A stretch of 64,000 nucleotides of DNA from Octopus bimaculoides (taxonomy: Eukaryota), in contig NC_069004.1 in the NCBI RefSeq assembly GCF_001194135.2, positions 25,137,887 through 25,201,886 of the forward strand, in the 5' to 3' direction. The translations under genes were made by a program, and so were the position numbers. This document shows, one piece after another, positions 23,040 to 37,149 of this stretch. Each line of letters starts with the position of its first letter. The first letter of the stretch is position 1. The notes beneath the pieces are model-generated. The model worked only from the letters and a program-made list of their open reading frames with translations. It was not told the DNA's origin and did not search any database.

Positions 23040-25297
23040 NNNNNNNNNNNNNNNNNNNNNNNNNNNNNNNNNNNNNNNNNNNNNNNNNNNNNNNNNNNNN
23101 NNNNNNNNNNNNNNNNNNNNNNNNNNNNNNNNNNNNNNNNNNNNNNNNNNNNNNNNNNNNNNNNNNNNNNNNNNNNNNNNNNNNNNNNNNNNNNNNNNNN
23201 NNNNNNNNNNNNNNNNNNNNNNNNNNNNNNNNNNNNNNNNNNNNNNNNNNNNNNNNNNNNNNNNNNNNNNNNNNNNNNNNNNNNNNNNNNNNNNNNNNNN
23301 NNNNNNNNNNNNNNNNNNNNNNNNNNNNNNNNNNNNNNNNNNNNNNNNNNNNNNNNNNNNNNNNNNNNNNNNNNNNNNNNNNNNNNNNNNNNNNNNNNNN
23401 NNNNNNNNNNNNNNNNNNNNNNNNNNNNNNNNNNNNNNNNNNNNNNNNNNNNNNNNNNNNNNNNNNNNNNNNNNNNNNNNNNNNNNNNNNNNNNNNNNNN
23501 NNNNNNNNNNNNNNNNNNNNNNNNNNNNNNNNNNNNNNNNNNNNNNNNNNNNNNNNNNNNNNNNNNNNNNNNNNNNNNNNNNNNNNNNNNNNNNNNNNNN
23601 NNNNNNNNNNNNNNNNNNNNNNNNNNNNNNNNNNNNNNNNNNNNNNNNNNNNNNNNNNNNNNNNNNNNNNNNNNNNNNNNNNNNNNNNNNNNNNNNNNNN
23701 NNNNNNNNNNNNNNNNNNNNNNNNNNNNNNNNNNNNNNNNNNNNNNNNNNNNNNNNNNNNNNNNNNNNNNNNNNNNNNNNNNNNNNNNNNNNNNNNNNNN
23801 NNNNNNNNNNNNNNNNNNNNNNNNNNNNNNNNNNNNNNNNNNNNNNNNNNNNNNNNNNNNNNNNNNNNNNNNNNNNNNNNNNNNNNNNNNNNNNNNNNNN
23901 NNNNNNNNNNNNNNNNNNNNNNNNNNNNNNNATATATATATATATATATATATATACAGATATGTTTTTCGTATACACACGCACCCAGACACTTGTGTAT
24001 TAATAGTATATTACGAAAAGTTTCATAGACGCAAAAGGTGCCATCACATTCACAAATTATTGTAATACTAGAATAATGACGCCATCAATAACGACGGCAG
24101 ATGTTTGACTAGACTTTGAGAATTATAATGTTCTGGTTTGTATGTACGAATATTTGATTCTTGCAATTGAAGATTTTGTTCGAAAACTTGCATGTTAAAA
24201 GTTACTAATGAGAGTGTGAGGATTGAAATAAATACGCCAAAATAAAAGGAAAATAATAAAAATATATTTATCAACAGTCAAATATTATACAAGATTGATT
24301 GCAATATGTAGGCGGCGAGCTGTCAGAATTGTTAGCACGCCGGACTAAGTGCCCAGCAGCATTTCGTCCGTCTTTGCATTTTGATTTCAGATTCCACCGA
24401 GGTTGATTTTAATCCTCTTGGATAAGTAGGTACCAGTTGATCACTTGAGTCGGTGTAATCGACTTACTCCTCCTCTGTGCCAAAATTTGAAATCAGTATT
24501 TTAAAGGGCAGTGAGCTAGCAGAATCGTTATTACGCCGGACAAAATGCTAAGCGGCATTTCGTCCGTTTTTACAGTCAAGGTTTCAAGATTCCGGGTCCG
24601 ATAAGTAACAGTTGGGCACTGAAGTTGATGTCATGTGATCGACAAACCAGCTCACCCAAAATTGCAGGCCTTGTACCGAAATTTGAAATTAATATGTACA
24701 ATATGTGGTAGTCAATGATTCACTCGTTATTCTGAATTTTGTTATATCCTACAATAAATACCCTACCTACTTTCACTGATGTCTACACATATTCAAAACT
24801 ATCGCTATATGCATATTCACAGATGGTTATAAGTACTTACAAACAGGAGGTTACATACATTCTATAACGGTCTCCAAGAGATGCCACATTTAGTACAAAA
24901 GCTACAAATGTACGTAAGGAGCATTATTATCCACATTCACTGCAAAAGTTCCCGAAGAAAAATATTTCATGTGTTGATATGGAGAGGCGCCAATACACAT
25001 CGGCTTTCTGAAGTTTCAATCTATAATTTCGAATTATTTCCGTTTTGGTTTATTTTATCTTTTGCTTCAAACAAGAATTCTATGCCTGCAGATTAGTAAG
25101 TAAATAGGATGATATTGAACACTTGCTACCTCTCAGTAGCTTGAATATAAAGGGTAATAGTGGAATAAAATGGAATATACGAATCATAATAATTAATAAT
25201 GGAATAAGTGTATATACAATTATATACAGCGTATAAAGCTTATCAAATATATTTTGATAACACATTGGATATCATATATACATATATATATATATAT

Positions 25298-25438
25298 ATA
25301 TAGTTTTAGAGAAAAGAACCAAGGTTCATGAACTCATCGATGAAAATCCACTGTCACATAGAAAATTGTTTCTATATGTGACTGTGGATTTTCATCGATG
25401 AGTTCATGAACATTGGTTCTTTTCTCTAAAACTATATA
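25298..25438. repeat. ~140-bp palindrome (foldback/MITE-like) in TA repeats
   Basis: tagttttagagaaaagaacca..gaactcatcgatgaaaatccac mirrored around ~25365. Confidence 0.85.
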
Positions 25439-26024
25439 TTTATATTTTATACTGTGAAACTTAATTTAGTTAAAATTTTTAATANNNNNNNNNNNNNNNN
25501 NNNNNNNNNNNNNNNNNNNNNNNNNNNNNNNNNNNNNNNNNNNNNNNNNNNNNNNNNNNNNNNNNNNNNNNNNNNNNNNNNNNNNNNNNNNNNNNNNNNN
25601 NNNNNNNNNNNNNNNNNNNNNNNNNNNNNNNNNNNNNNNNNNNNNNNNNNNNNNNNNNNNNNNNNNNNNNNNNNNNNNNNNNNNNNNNNNNNNNNNNNNN
25701 NNNNNNNNNNNNNNNNNNNNNNNNNNNNNNNNNNNNNNNNNNNNNNNNNNNNNNNNNNNNNNNNNNNNNNNNNNNNNNNNNNNNNNNNNNNNNNNNNNNN
25801 NNNNNNNNNNNNNNNNNNNNNNNNNNNNNNNNNNNNNNNNNNNNNNNNNNNNNNNNNNNNNNNNNNNNNNNNNNNNNNNNNNNNNNNNNNNNNNNNNNNN
25901 NNNNNNNNNNNNNNNNNNNNNNNNNNNNNNNNNNNNNNNNNNNNNNNNNNNNNNNNNNNNNNNNNNNNNNNNNNNNNNNNNNNNNNNNNNNNNNNNNNNN
26001 NNNNNNNNNNNNNNNNNNNNNNNN

Positions 26025-26064
<40 letters not shown>

Positions 26065-26657
26065 AGGTGAAAAGGTTCCATAGTCTTTTTCCACGTAGTG
26101 AATTGTAGTAAACAATACACAAAGAAGGAAAATGCATAGAAATTTCATGGTGGACAAAGTATGAGCATTATAAAAAATAAATAAATAAATAAATAAAATA
26201 AAAATACACCATGAACAATTGGAATATAGTAAGAAAACAGAATGACTCCAACGAGTAGTGAGAACTCGTGTCGAACGAGAGCTCCTGGTGAAAAGTTTAG
26301 AAAGTAAATCATAGAGGAACGATTTCAATAGCTTAAAATTCTTAAGTATTTTTCACCATATGCATATATGTATACATACATATATATGTATGTATGCATG
26401 TATGCATGTATGTATGCATGTATGTATGCATGTATTTCAACACACGTATTATATATATTGATTTTTGTGGGAAATAAAACGTGCCAATACTGTCGCCCAT
26501 CGCTTTCTATGGATGCACCATTGTCTGTCTGTCATTAATATGTCATCAGTTTCACGACACTCGTCATGGTGGTAGCTTAATAATGTATATTTTATTCGTA
26601 TTTAACAATTATTTAGATTATATAAATATATATATATATATATAAAGGGCATTAACT

Positions 26658-26802
26658 GTGTATTAATACCTCACGCTATCGGGGGACTAAATAAGTAAAA
26701 AAACTACCCAAAATAAGTAACATATTTACCGAAATATGTTACTTATTTTTGGTAGTTTTTTTTACTTATTTAGTCCCTCGATAGCGTGAGGTATTAATAC
26801 AC
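26658..26802. repeat. ~145-bp palindrome (foldback/MITE-like)
   Basis: gtgtattaatacctcacgctatcg..aagtaacatattt-accg-aaatatgttactt..cgatagcgtgaggtattaatacac; runs into an N gap. Confidence 0.85.
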
Positions 26803-27408
26803 NNNNNNNNNNNNNNNNNNNNNNNNNNNNNNNNNNNNNNNNNNNNNNNNNNNNNNNNNNNNNNNNNNNNNNNNNNNNNNNNNNNNNNNNNNNNNNNNNN
26901 NNNNNNNNNNNNNNNNNNNNNNNNNNNNNNNNNNNNNNNNNNNNNNNNNNNNNNNNNNNNNNNNNNNNNNNNNNNNNNNNNNNNNNNNNNNNNNNNNNNN
27001 NNNNNNNNNNNNNNNNNNNNNNNNNNNNNNNNNNNNNNNNNNNNNNNNNNNNNNNNNNNNNNNNNNNNNNNNNNNNNNNNNNNNNNNNNNNNNNNNNNNN
27101 NNNNNNNNNNNNNNNNNNNNNNNNNNNNNNNNNNNNNNNNNNNNNNNNNNNNNNNNNNNNNNNNNNNNNNNNNNNNNNNNNNNNNNNNNNNNNNNNNNNN
27201 NNNNNNNNNNNNNNNNNNNNNNNNNNNNNNNNNNNNNNNNNNNNNNNNNNNNNNNNNNNNNNNNNNNNNNNNNNNNNNNNNNNNNNNNNNNNNNNNNNNN
27301 NNNNNNNNNNNNNNNNNNNNNNNNNNNNNNNNNNNNNNNNNNNNNNNNNNNNNNNNNNNNNNNNNNNNNNNNNNNNNNNATATATATATATATTAGAGAG
27401 ACAGAGAG

Positions 27409-27452
<44 letters not shown>

Positions 27453-27899
27453 TATGTATGTATGTATGTATGCATGTATGTATGTATATGTATGTATGTA
27501 AGGTCGTATGTGTGCGTACATATATGTAACTATCTGTGTATAAGTGTGGCTTTAATTATTCTGCTTCAAAAAGGAATTAATGTTCAGCCACAAAACTGAT
27601 TCTGATTTACATTTAGATTGTTTTTTCCTACATTATCATAACTGAAGTTTAAAAACTAACAGCAAAAATAATGACAAAATGTCTAAGATCGAGTCACATA
27701 TACACAAACGTACACATACACACACGCACATATATGTATATAGGGGACGATATAAAGATATAGACATATACATATAAATTCATCCACACACACATATACA
27801 TACATACATACATACGTACATACATACATACAGAATGTCCCAGAAATATTTACCCAAGTTTAAATCTTTCTAAATAATATCGGCTAAGGTAATATTATC

Positions 27900-28400
27900 T
27901 ACGAGAGGGAACCCAAAAGAGACCGGAATTTTGCAATATTATTTCATTTACTTAGTTTTACATGTTTACACTTTTATCGGCTTCAAAATATTCTCAATGT
28001 GAAGCAATGCATCGGTCCAGACACATTTTCCACTGCACGAAGCAGTGCTGGAACTCTTACTAAGTGATGTTTTTAACGTCTCCGTCGTGTTTTTTTTCCC
28101 CTCACCTTTTCCACATCTGCAAATTCCGTATCATCAGCTTTCATCACCAGTGATGACCTTCGTATATAAAGGTCTGATTCAACTTCCACCTGTTCTTTCA
28201 GTTCACGGCATCCATTCAGGCGTGACTGCTTTTGATCTTCCTTGAGCAAGCGAGGCACAAATTTTGCTGGAACTGTTTTCATTCGCTGTTCATCGTTCAA
28301 AATTCGTTTGGCAGGAGTTCCAGGTCACACCAATCATATCAACAAGTTCGATTGTTCTGTGACGGTCTTCCAAGATCAGTTCATGATATTTAAGTCTACT
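27900..28400 (-). mobile_element. Mariner remnant, internally deleted
   Basis: TA + CGAGAGGG mariner-type TIR at 27900; minus strand AKFVPRLLKEDQKQSRL and C-terminal FQHCFVQW..DRCIASH*EYFEAD. Confidence 0.8.
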
Positions 28401-28811
28401 ATTTATGCATATATATATATATATACATATATACATATGTATATATATATACATATATAAATGTATATATATGTATATATNNNNNNNNNNNNNNNNNNNN
28501 NNNNNNNNNNNNNNNNNNNNNNNNNNNNNNNNNNNNNNNNNNNNNNNNNNNNNNNNNNNNNNNNNNNNNNNNNNNNNNNNNNNNNNNNNNNNNNNNNNNN
28601 NNNNNNNNNNNNNNNNNNNNNNNNNNNNNNNNNNNNNNNNNNNNNNNNNNNNNNNNNNNNNNNNNNNNNNNNNNNNNNNNNNNNNNNNNNNNNNNNNNNN
28701 NNNNNNNNNNNNNNNNNNNNNNNNNNNNNNNNNNNNNNNNNNNNNNNNNNNNNNNNNNNNNNNNNNNNNNNNNNNNNNNNNNNNNNNNNNNNNNNNNNNN
28801 NNNNNNNNNNN

Positions 28812-28898
<87 letters not shown>

Positions 28899-30074
28899 TA
28901 GATAGATATACACATGCAACCCACACGCACACCCACACGCACACATTCATATATACATATGTATATGTTTCATTTTTTGTTACAATACTTTCGATTATAT
29001 GCTTACATGCTTACACTGAACTGTTGAAATCCACCAGGACATAGGTATATATTTTGGTTAGCACAATATGAATACATCGTCAACACTATATGATTTGGTA
29101 AAGGCGGAAAAAAATTTCCGTAAACCTTTCAGTTTCGAGATTAGACTGGAATGAAATCATCTCGAGAGAAGCTGTCAGCATATAAACAGACTTAGGTTTG
29201 TCACATACCTCCGATGTTTTATGGCGTTAATTCGGTAGTTTACGATGGCAAAATCCATCAAAATCTGCTGACCAGGAATGGTGTAGACATTTAGGCATAA
29301 TACTGGTATTGTAATTTCGTGTGTTGAAGCATATTCTGTTGTGTCTGGGGAGAGTGTTCATCGGTTATCTTTTATTTGTTTTAGTCATTAGACTGCGGCT
29401 ATGCTGGGTCACCGCCTTAAAGAATTTTAGTCGCACGATTAGAATCCCAGAACTTAATAGTTTTCCCTTTCAGGTATGGTACTTATTCTATCGGTCACTT
29501 TTGCCGAACAACTAATTTGCGGTGATGTAAACATACCAAGACCGGTTGTCAAACGGTGGTGGGGGACGAGCACATACACACACATATACGACAGGCTTCT
29601 TTCAGTTTCCGTCTACCAAATCCACTTAGAAGGTTTTGGTCAGCCCGCAGTTATAGTAGAAGACACTGGTGCAAGTTGCCACGTGATGGGATAGAACCTG
29701 GAACCATGTTGTTGGGAAGAAAACCTTTTATCACACAGCCGTGCCTGTGGCTATAAAGGAGAAGTGAATACCCATGTTCGAACAGGAGACCGTTCGATGT
29801 ATATATTTTTGAAAGTTTAGGATATATTCCATTGGTCTCTTTAGCTAAACTAGTAAATTAAAGGATCGTAAACCAACCAACACTAGTTGTCAAACGGTTT
29901 TAAAGAACAAACACAAATACAAACACAAAACCACACATATAGATATATATACATTTATACCTACATACGTACATAGACTTATAGACAGACACAGACGCAC
30001 ACACACACACAACTACACTTATATATGCATATACATACATATATGTGTGTGTGTGTATTATGTATGTATGTATG

Positions 30075-30560
30075 TACGAGGTGCGTTCAAAAAGAAACCA
30101 ACGACTTAATTTTCCGCCAAAACTAATGCCCGGATGGGCAACATCCTTTGCATGGTAAATGAGGAACACTCCCCATCCTGCGCATGCGGGAAAAGTTTCG
30201 TGCGGTTAGGCCGCATCATTTCTCAGCTGTTATATGATATGCGCTCGTTGGATTTTGGTTTTCACCGCAGGATGATCGAACGTATCGTGCATCGACCATA
30301 AACCTTTGTCTTATCACCAGTGATGATGGTCGTCGTGAAGTCTGGGTTGGGATTTGTACGGTCCAACATGTTCTAAGTGCTTTTCATGCGGAGTTGCGTC
30401 CGCAGCTCCGCCATCCCCTTGTGGACAAATTTAGCTGTCAGTCACGGCATGCACAAATCCTCCGTTAAAATGGAATTCACTGATCCTCTGCTTATTCTCA
30501 CATCGCGAGCAACCGCTTGCTTCGGCAAAAGAGGTTTGGTAAACGACAACGATAGAACTT
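30075..30560. mobile_element. Mariner remnant (TIR plus inverted internal fragment)
   Basis: TACGAGGTGCGTTCAAAAAG TIR and a MIERI start on +; minus-strand segment VARDVRISRGSVNSILTEDL..TAKFV..TIITGD at 30310-30530. Confidence 0.7.
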
Positions 30561-31455
30561 TAAAATAAATTCTTGGATCCTTCTGGTCGATTGAATACCT
30601 TTCAGGCGGTGTTTCACCATAGCCGCAGGGTAATAACTGCATCAAGTAAAAGATGAAAGGCGATATACAATATATCATTCGTCTGCCTAGGTCATCGCTA
30701 GCGGACAGATATAACTTATAATGGTTTCTGCTAATGACAAAACGAAATGAGTTCGCTTTTAGCGTAAGGGCATATTCGATGGAATTGATTATAAACTTTA
30801 TTATTGGAAGGTGTCTCATCTATTTAACGGACGGTTGACAGGAAATGCAGAAACCAGAGGGTTGTTCGAGTTTTCGAAACTAGACATACGGAACGAAATA
30901 TTGGTTCACATTTCTAAGTATTCCTTGTTTCAGACAACTAAAATAATGATTGATTTGTAAATTAAGACACTGCAAAACTTGATCTATTGCTGAATTTATT
31001 TGGCTTCAAATATTAACTCAAGGCCAACCGTTTTAGCGGAGAGGGTAAACCCATTATATTGACCTCAGTGCTTGACTGGTATTTGTTTTATCGACCCCGA
31101 AAGGACGAAAAGCTGAGTCGACCTCCATGGAATTTGAAATTTGAACTCATGGCGTTAAGACGGACGAAATGCTGCTAAGCATTTTTTCCCGGCGTGCTAA
31201 CGACTCTGCCAGCTCGCCGCCAAAAAGTTAATTTACATATTGGTTTCAAATTTTGACACTCGGCCTGTAGTTCCTGGGCAAAAGAGACCGATAGAATAAG
31301 TACTAGGCTTACATAGAATAAGTCCTGGGGTGGATTTGCTTGACTAAAGGCGGTGCTCCAGCATGGCCACAGTCAAATGACTGAAACAAGTAAAAGAGTA
31401 ACTTCCGGATTCAGACATTCAAAAGTTTTGAACGGGAACCAAAATAAAGAAATTG

Positions 31456-31503
<48 letters not shown>

Positions 31504-32665
31504 TGTGGGGAGGGGTGATGGTTGCTGCTGTTGTGGTTGTGGTTGCTATTTTGCTTGTTGTTTAGCTACTGTTGTGTAGTCCTAGGTCAGTTCTGACTGA
31601 ACTGAGATACCGGACATAGCGTTCTTGCCGTGACCATCCCGCCGTCAGACGAAATGTGTTCTTAGTTGTTGTGTACTGTAGCCTCGGATCAGCCCTGACA
31701 AATCAATCAGATTTATGATAAATGGTATGTTTATCGCGACCATTTCATCAAACAAAATATGTTTTTAAATTTGATGCTGTTTACACCTACATCGACATAC
31801 CAACCATGGCCATCGCCTCTTTAGATTATGTAATGCGCTTTTATCAAGGATTTCATTTTCTAATAGGTCTGTCTCCTTTGATGACGTTGGGGTGTAATTT
31901 AATGGTTATCTTTAGCGGGACGAACGACCATGTAACAGCTCCCTCGTTGGCCTATTCTGTCCAATGTTTAATGCGGTAGAGTGAATGACTTTAAGAAGAT
32001 CTGGCTGTTATTTCTAACAAGCTACATGACGCATAATTGCTTCCTTCGTCGTCTCGAATCTCTCAAGTGTGATTATCTGGTTTCTAAATTTATTTCTTCT
32101 CCAGGCTGTTTCTACGCCATTAATTGAATCTCCGTCGAAATGACGTCAACTAGATGACGTCATTATTCTGGGTCATTTTGGAGTTAATTTGGTTCAGAAA
32201 AACTACAAAGACATTTTGTTCAGAGTTCTACTGTTTCTGTCATCTAATGAATACTAATAAGAACATGGTACTGATATCTGCATTTGTGAACAATCAGTGA
32301 TCCACCGCAACCATCTCCCTGAGACATGCACTTTTAACTGGAATGAAAATTAGATTAAATCTTTGTGATGCCAGAGCGTCAAAGTTTTATAGTAAGTTTC
32401 TTAATCCTTTCATCTTTCATCTTTTATCTTTTGCCATTTAGTTACTTCAGTCACTGGACTGCAGCTATGTTGGGGCACCGTTTTGAATAGTTTAGTTTAT
32501 TCTTATTCTACCAGTTTCTTTTGCCGACACGCTAAGTTACGATGGCGTAAAGAAAACAATACCAGTTGTTAGACGCTAGTGAGGGAGAAACATAAGCAAA
32601 ATACATACATACATACATACATACATGCACACATACATACATACATACATACATACATACATACA

Positions 32666-32985
32666 AAAATATCCTGTTGGTGTTGTTGAAATTCCAATGA
32701 CCGAACCTTGGATGTGGGCTAGAAACCGGCTGTTTCTCTATCGGCAGGAAATCTTGATATAAAACTGATTAATGACATACACACACTATATGCATACATA
32801 CGTACATACATATATACATACATACATACATACATACATACATACATACAAAAATATCCTGTTGGTTTTGTTGAAATTCCAATGGATGGAGGTTAGAAAC
32901 CGGCTCTTGGATGGAGGTTAGAAACCGGCTCTTTCTCTATTGGTAGGAAATCTTGAAATGAAATTGAATAATGACATGCATACAT
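32666..32985. repeat. Tandem duplication of a ~125-bp unit separated by (TACA)n
   Basis: aaaatatcctgttgg..gaaattccaatg..tagaaaccggct..aggaaatcttga..aatgacat occurs twice. Confidence 0.8.
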
Positions 32986-34329
32986 GAAGCACTCTCCCGT
33001 TGAAGATGAAGTATGAGCGTTCAGTTTTTGCCGATCGACCTGCACAAATGATTTCTTTATAGGGATCAAACGTATGTGAAGTACATTAGCTCACTTCCTC
33101 CGTCAAATCGTCGTTTCCTGAATAGGTGCACCCAGGTGTACTACGCCTCGGGTGTTGGAGTGTTCGCAGATCGACAGTAGATGAAGTCTTTTGCTCAAGA
33201 ACACAACGCACCGCCCTGTCTAGGAATTGAAATCACGATTTCGTGATCCCAATTGCAAGGTTGGCCGCAGTCTAATCATTAAAAAAGTAAAGGACGAAAG
33301 CTAAAAGATGCCAATACAGTGACATCGGCAACACCGTTTATCATGCTGCCACGTCAGCGTCCATATACCCAGTCACACAGTCATGCCTGCTCTTAGACTA
33401 ACAGGGCTGCATTAGAGTTAATTAACTCAAAAAAGGATCCATCAGTTTGCTAACGACGTCATGGAAACCATTAAACCTTCTCTCGCCAATTTCATATTCT
33501 ATCGAATCAATTGGCTGTAAACCTTCATTCATTGGAAACGTTATATAACCTTTAATTATTGTTGGAGAACACGACCGAAAGCATTATCTTCAAATTGTGC
33601 GTCGAACAAAAGAAGGGAGGGAAACCTGGCCTCTGTGGAACGCATCAGTTGATTAGAAGTATGGAAACTATAACAAGTAGATCTAATGCACCACGCGGCT
33701 TAAAACCTACAGTTGAAACCCGCGAAGGTGGTTTCAATGTTATCAATCAAACTGCTAGAAATAGCAGCCAATTCTCTCTGAAAATCATTGTCACCTTCAA
33801 CACCACATTACACCTGTAGGCACAGGTATGGCTCCGTTGTTAAGAAGATCGCTTTGCAACCACACAGTTTTCCGTTCAGTTCCAGTATGCGGTACAATAG
33901 GCAAGTGTCTTCTACTGTAACTCCGGATCGACTGATACCTTGTATGTGAGCTTGGTTGACAGAAACTGTGTAGAGGCCGGACAAACACACGTGTGTGTGA
34001 GTGTGTTTGTCTGTGTGCCTTTGTGTTTGTATTTGTCCCCCACCCACGGAAACTGAAAGAAGCCCGTCGTATATATGTATATATATATATATATGTGTGT
34101 ATGTGTGTGTATATGTTTGTGTGTCCGTGTTTGTCCCACCAACATCGCTTGACAACCGATGCTGGTGTGTTTACGTCCCCGTAACTTAGCTGTTCGGCAA
34201 AAGAGACCGATATAATAAGTACTAGGCATCCAAAGAATAAATCCTGGGTTTCGATTTCCTCGACTAAAGGCGGTGCTTCAGCATGTCCACAGTCAGATGA
34301 CTGAAACAAGTAAAAGGGTAAAAGAGTAA

Positions 34330-34630
34330 GAGTTCAGATCTTTATGGATAATTCTGTGTACAGTCGCCACATCAACACCAAACTGTTTGCATATTGTCTG
34401 TATTGACACTCAACGGTTTTCATCCAGAAACTTGCAAATTTTCTCAACCAGTTCTGATGTGCTGACGTCATTCTCCCTCCAACATCTCTCATCGTCTCTC
34501 ATTTCCTCTCTACTGTCCTTGAACCTTTTGTGCCAGTGGAAAAGTTAATCCACAAACAGTCCGGAACCTTTCATAAGTTTCTGTAGCATTTTGGGTGGGT
34601 TTTACATAAAACTTTATTGCATAGCAAGCT
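34330..34630 (-). mobile_element. Mariner transposase N-terminal (HTH) fragment
   Basis: Minus strand YAIKFYVK..NATETYE..FHWHKRFKDSREEMRDDER. Confidence 0.65.
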
Positions 34631-36554
34631 TCCAAATGTCCCGACTACATTCTACAAACTAGACAGCTGTAACAAGTAGAGTTTAATTTAGTATTCTTAA
34701 AATTCTGTTACAGCCGTCCCCTTCAATTTGGAATAAAAAAAGTTAGCACGTCAGCTTATTAGATGTCTGGTAATGAAATACTAAAATTTCAAAAGTATAG
34801 GACAGTTAAAACTGCCTCTCCTGAGAAAGTTTCAAAACTTCTGAAATTCACCTCCGATGTCCAATTCAGGGATTTTAAAATGTTTTCTTCTTTCTGGTCA
34901 AACATATAGGTTTTAATCTTGTAAATGCGTCAATGCCAAAGCACTACAATTACACGTATAGTGACTAATATAGGTCTAATTCTTTTTCATTTCAATTTCA
35001 GGAATTAAAATTTATCAACTATTTAATCCCCTTGTGAGAAGTACCGGATCTACTTAATCAATGTGGTTCTGAGTACATCCATTCCTGAAAAATAAACGCG
35101 ATCATCAGAGCTTAAAAGACTTTGATCCTAAATTAACTCTACCAGGGTGCAGTGGTTTTAAACAACAACGGGCAACAACGTTTTTACTCTTTGGCCAGAG
35201 AGAGAGACAGAGAGAGAGGATACCAAAAACAGACTTTTAGAGCTCCTAGATTAGCCGGATGAAGGGCACAAGCAATCCGCAAACCGGAAACCTTACACGA
35301 ATTATACATTAGCGTGATTAGTTTGCACTCTACTGAAGAAATCCAAGTTGCCAGGTGCTGGTGTGAAATCAGGGAACGAATATAAACTCTCGCCGAAGAA
35401 CTAAGCCCTGTTGTCACCTTATGTTTTTTGAGAAGTTTTCTGGCACTTTTGCTCATCTAAGTATCTGAGTATTTGTCACACTGTTTGCACAGAACACCTG
35501 CAATACCTTCAGCAACCACTTCTGCCCAGCACTGATAAGATTTTGAAAGACGGCTTCTACCACATTTGCTATTGAGAGTTGTTTATAAGCCCCAAACTTA
35601 TTCTTTATTGACAGTTGTTTGTTTGACCATACATATTCTTTTCTACTCTAAGCACAAGGCCCTAAATTTTGGAGGAGGGGGGCCAGTCGATTAGATCGAC
35701 CCCAGTACGCAACTGGTACTTAATTTATCGACCCTGAAAGGATGAAAGGCAAAGTCGACCTCGGCGGAATTTGAACTCAGAACGTAAAGACAGACGAAAT
35801 AACGCTAAGCATTTCGGCCGGCGTGCTAATGTTTCTTATTTCTTTATTTCCCACAAGGGGCTAAACGTAGAGGAGACAAACAAGGACAGACAAAGGGATC
35901 AAGTCAATTAGATCGACCCCAGTGCGTAACTGGTACTTAATTTATCGACCTCGAAAGGACGAAAGACAAAGTCGACCTCGGCGGAAAAACGGTAAGTATT
36001 TCGTCCGGCGTGCTAACGTTTCTGCCAACTCGCCGCCTTACGAAGTACCAATAAAATAGTGAAGTCGGTTTAATCATTTAACTCCCACCCCCTAATATTA
36101 TTAATATTTCTAAATCTACAACCTTTTACGTTCTGAGTTCAAATTGTACTAAGTTCATCGACTTTACATTTTATCAATCTGGGTGGAGAAGTGTCGATAA
36201 ATATAAAATTACCAGTCAAGTACTGCAGCCATTTTGAACCAACTTTCCCCTTTCCTCTGAAATTATGTGGTGTTGTGCCAAAGTTAAAAATCAATACTGA
36301 AACATGAAGAAGACATGGCCGCGGTGAACATGGCCGTTAATAGTCGTAAAGAATAAATTGATCTCTTGTATTGATTCATTTATTTATTTACACTATTTAA
36401 TTATTATCTAAACCCGACACCTTACCTCCACACCTACAACATTTCTAGAAAGTCATTCACTTGAAATATGATACGGTTCATTTACTGCTGATATCAGGCA
36501 GATAAAAAAAAAGCGTTAAATTCAAACATTATTTATTACTTTCAGGCAGCGCTA

Positions 36555-36630
36555 TCATCATCATCCTCATCACCATCATCCTCATCACCATCATCCTCAT
36601 CACCATCATCCTCATCACCATCATCCTCAT
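36555..36630. repeat. 15-bp tandem repeat (CATCACCATCATCCT)n
   Basis: About five units read directly. Confidence 0.85.
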
Positions 36631-36863
36631 TAGCACTAGTCGCAGCTAACGCGAACGTACCCCAACCCCATCCGTATCCTTCTAAAATCCATTACCTTCA
36701 CTAAAGAAATCATCATTCAGTAAAAATTTATTCGTTTCGGTACATTTTATATTCTTCATTTCGGTTGATTTTTGTTGTTTCGCTTCGGATATATATATAT
36801 TTTTTTCGTTGTATGTTTTTTATTTTCATTATTTTGTGTCTTGTGTGTGTGCTGGTGTATGTG

Positions 36864-36934
<71 letters not shown>

Positions 36935-37149
36935 TGTACTTTTTTATTGTATCATAGCCGTTTCTATTACGATCCGGATCGTATCATTCTTCTAACCTCC
37001 ATTCCCACTATTTCTCGTTTCTCCTCTCTATCTCAATCAATAGCTTATCTGTCTGTCTGTCTATCTATCCATCTATCTTTTAAGTTATCTATGCTTTCGT
37101 GTGTCTGTAAGTTCAAATTCCATACTCTTGGTAACACTTTAACCGGATC

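Noticed and set aside
24822-24912. Open exon-like segment (D)GYKYLQNRRLHTFYNGLQEMPHLVQKLQMY with a gtaagg donor
   Set aside because: No recognisable homology and no phase-compatible partner exon; needs RNA data.
33425-33560. Protein-looking minus frame KGYITFPMNEGLQPIDSIEYEIGERRF
   Set aside because: Short, poor splice context, no family motif I can name.
35002-35100. Strong acceptor ttcatttcaatttcag followed by a short frame, stop and AATAAA
   Set aside because: Could be a terminal exon, but no upstream exon with matching phase was found.
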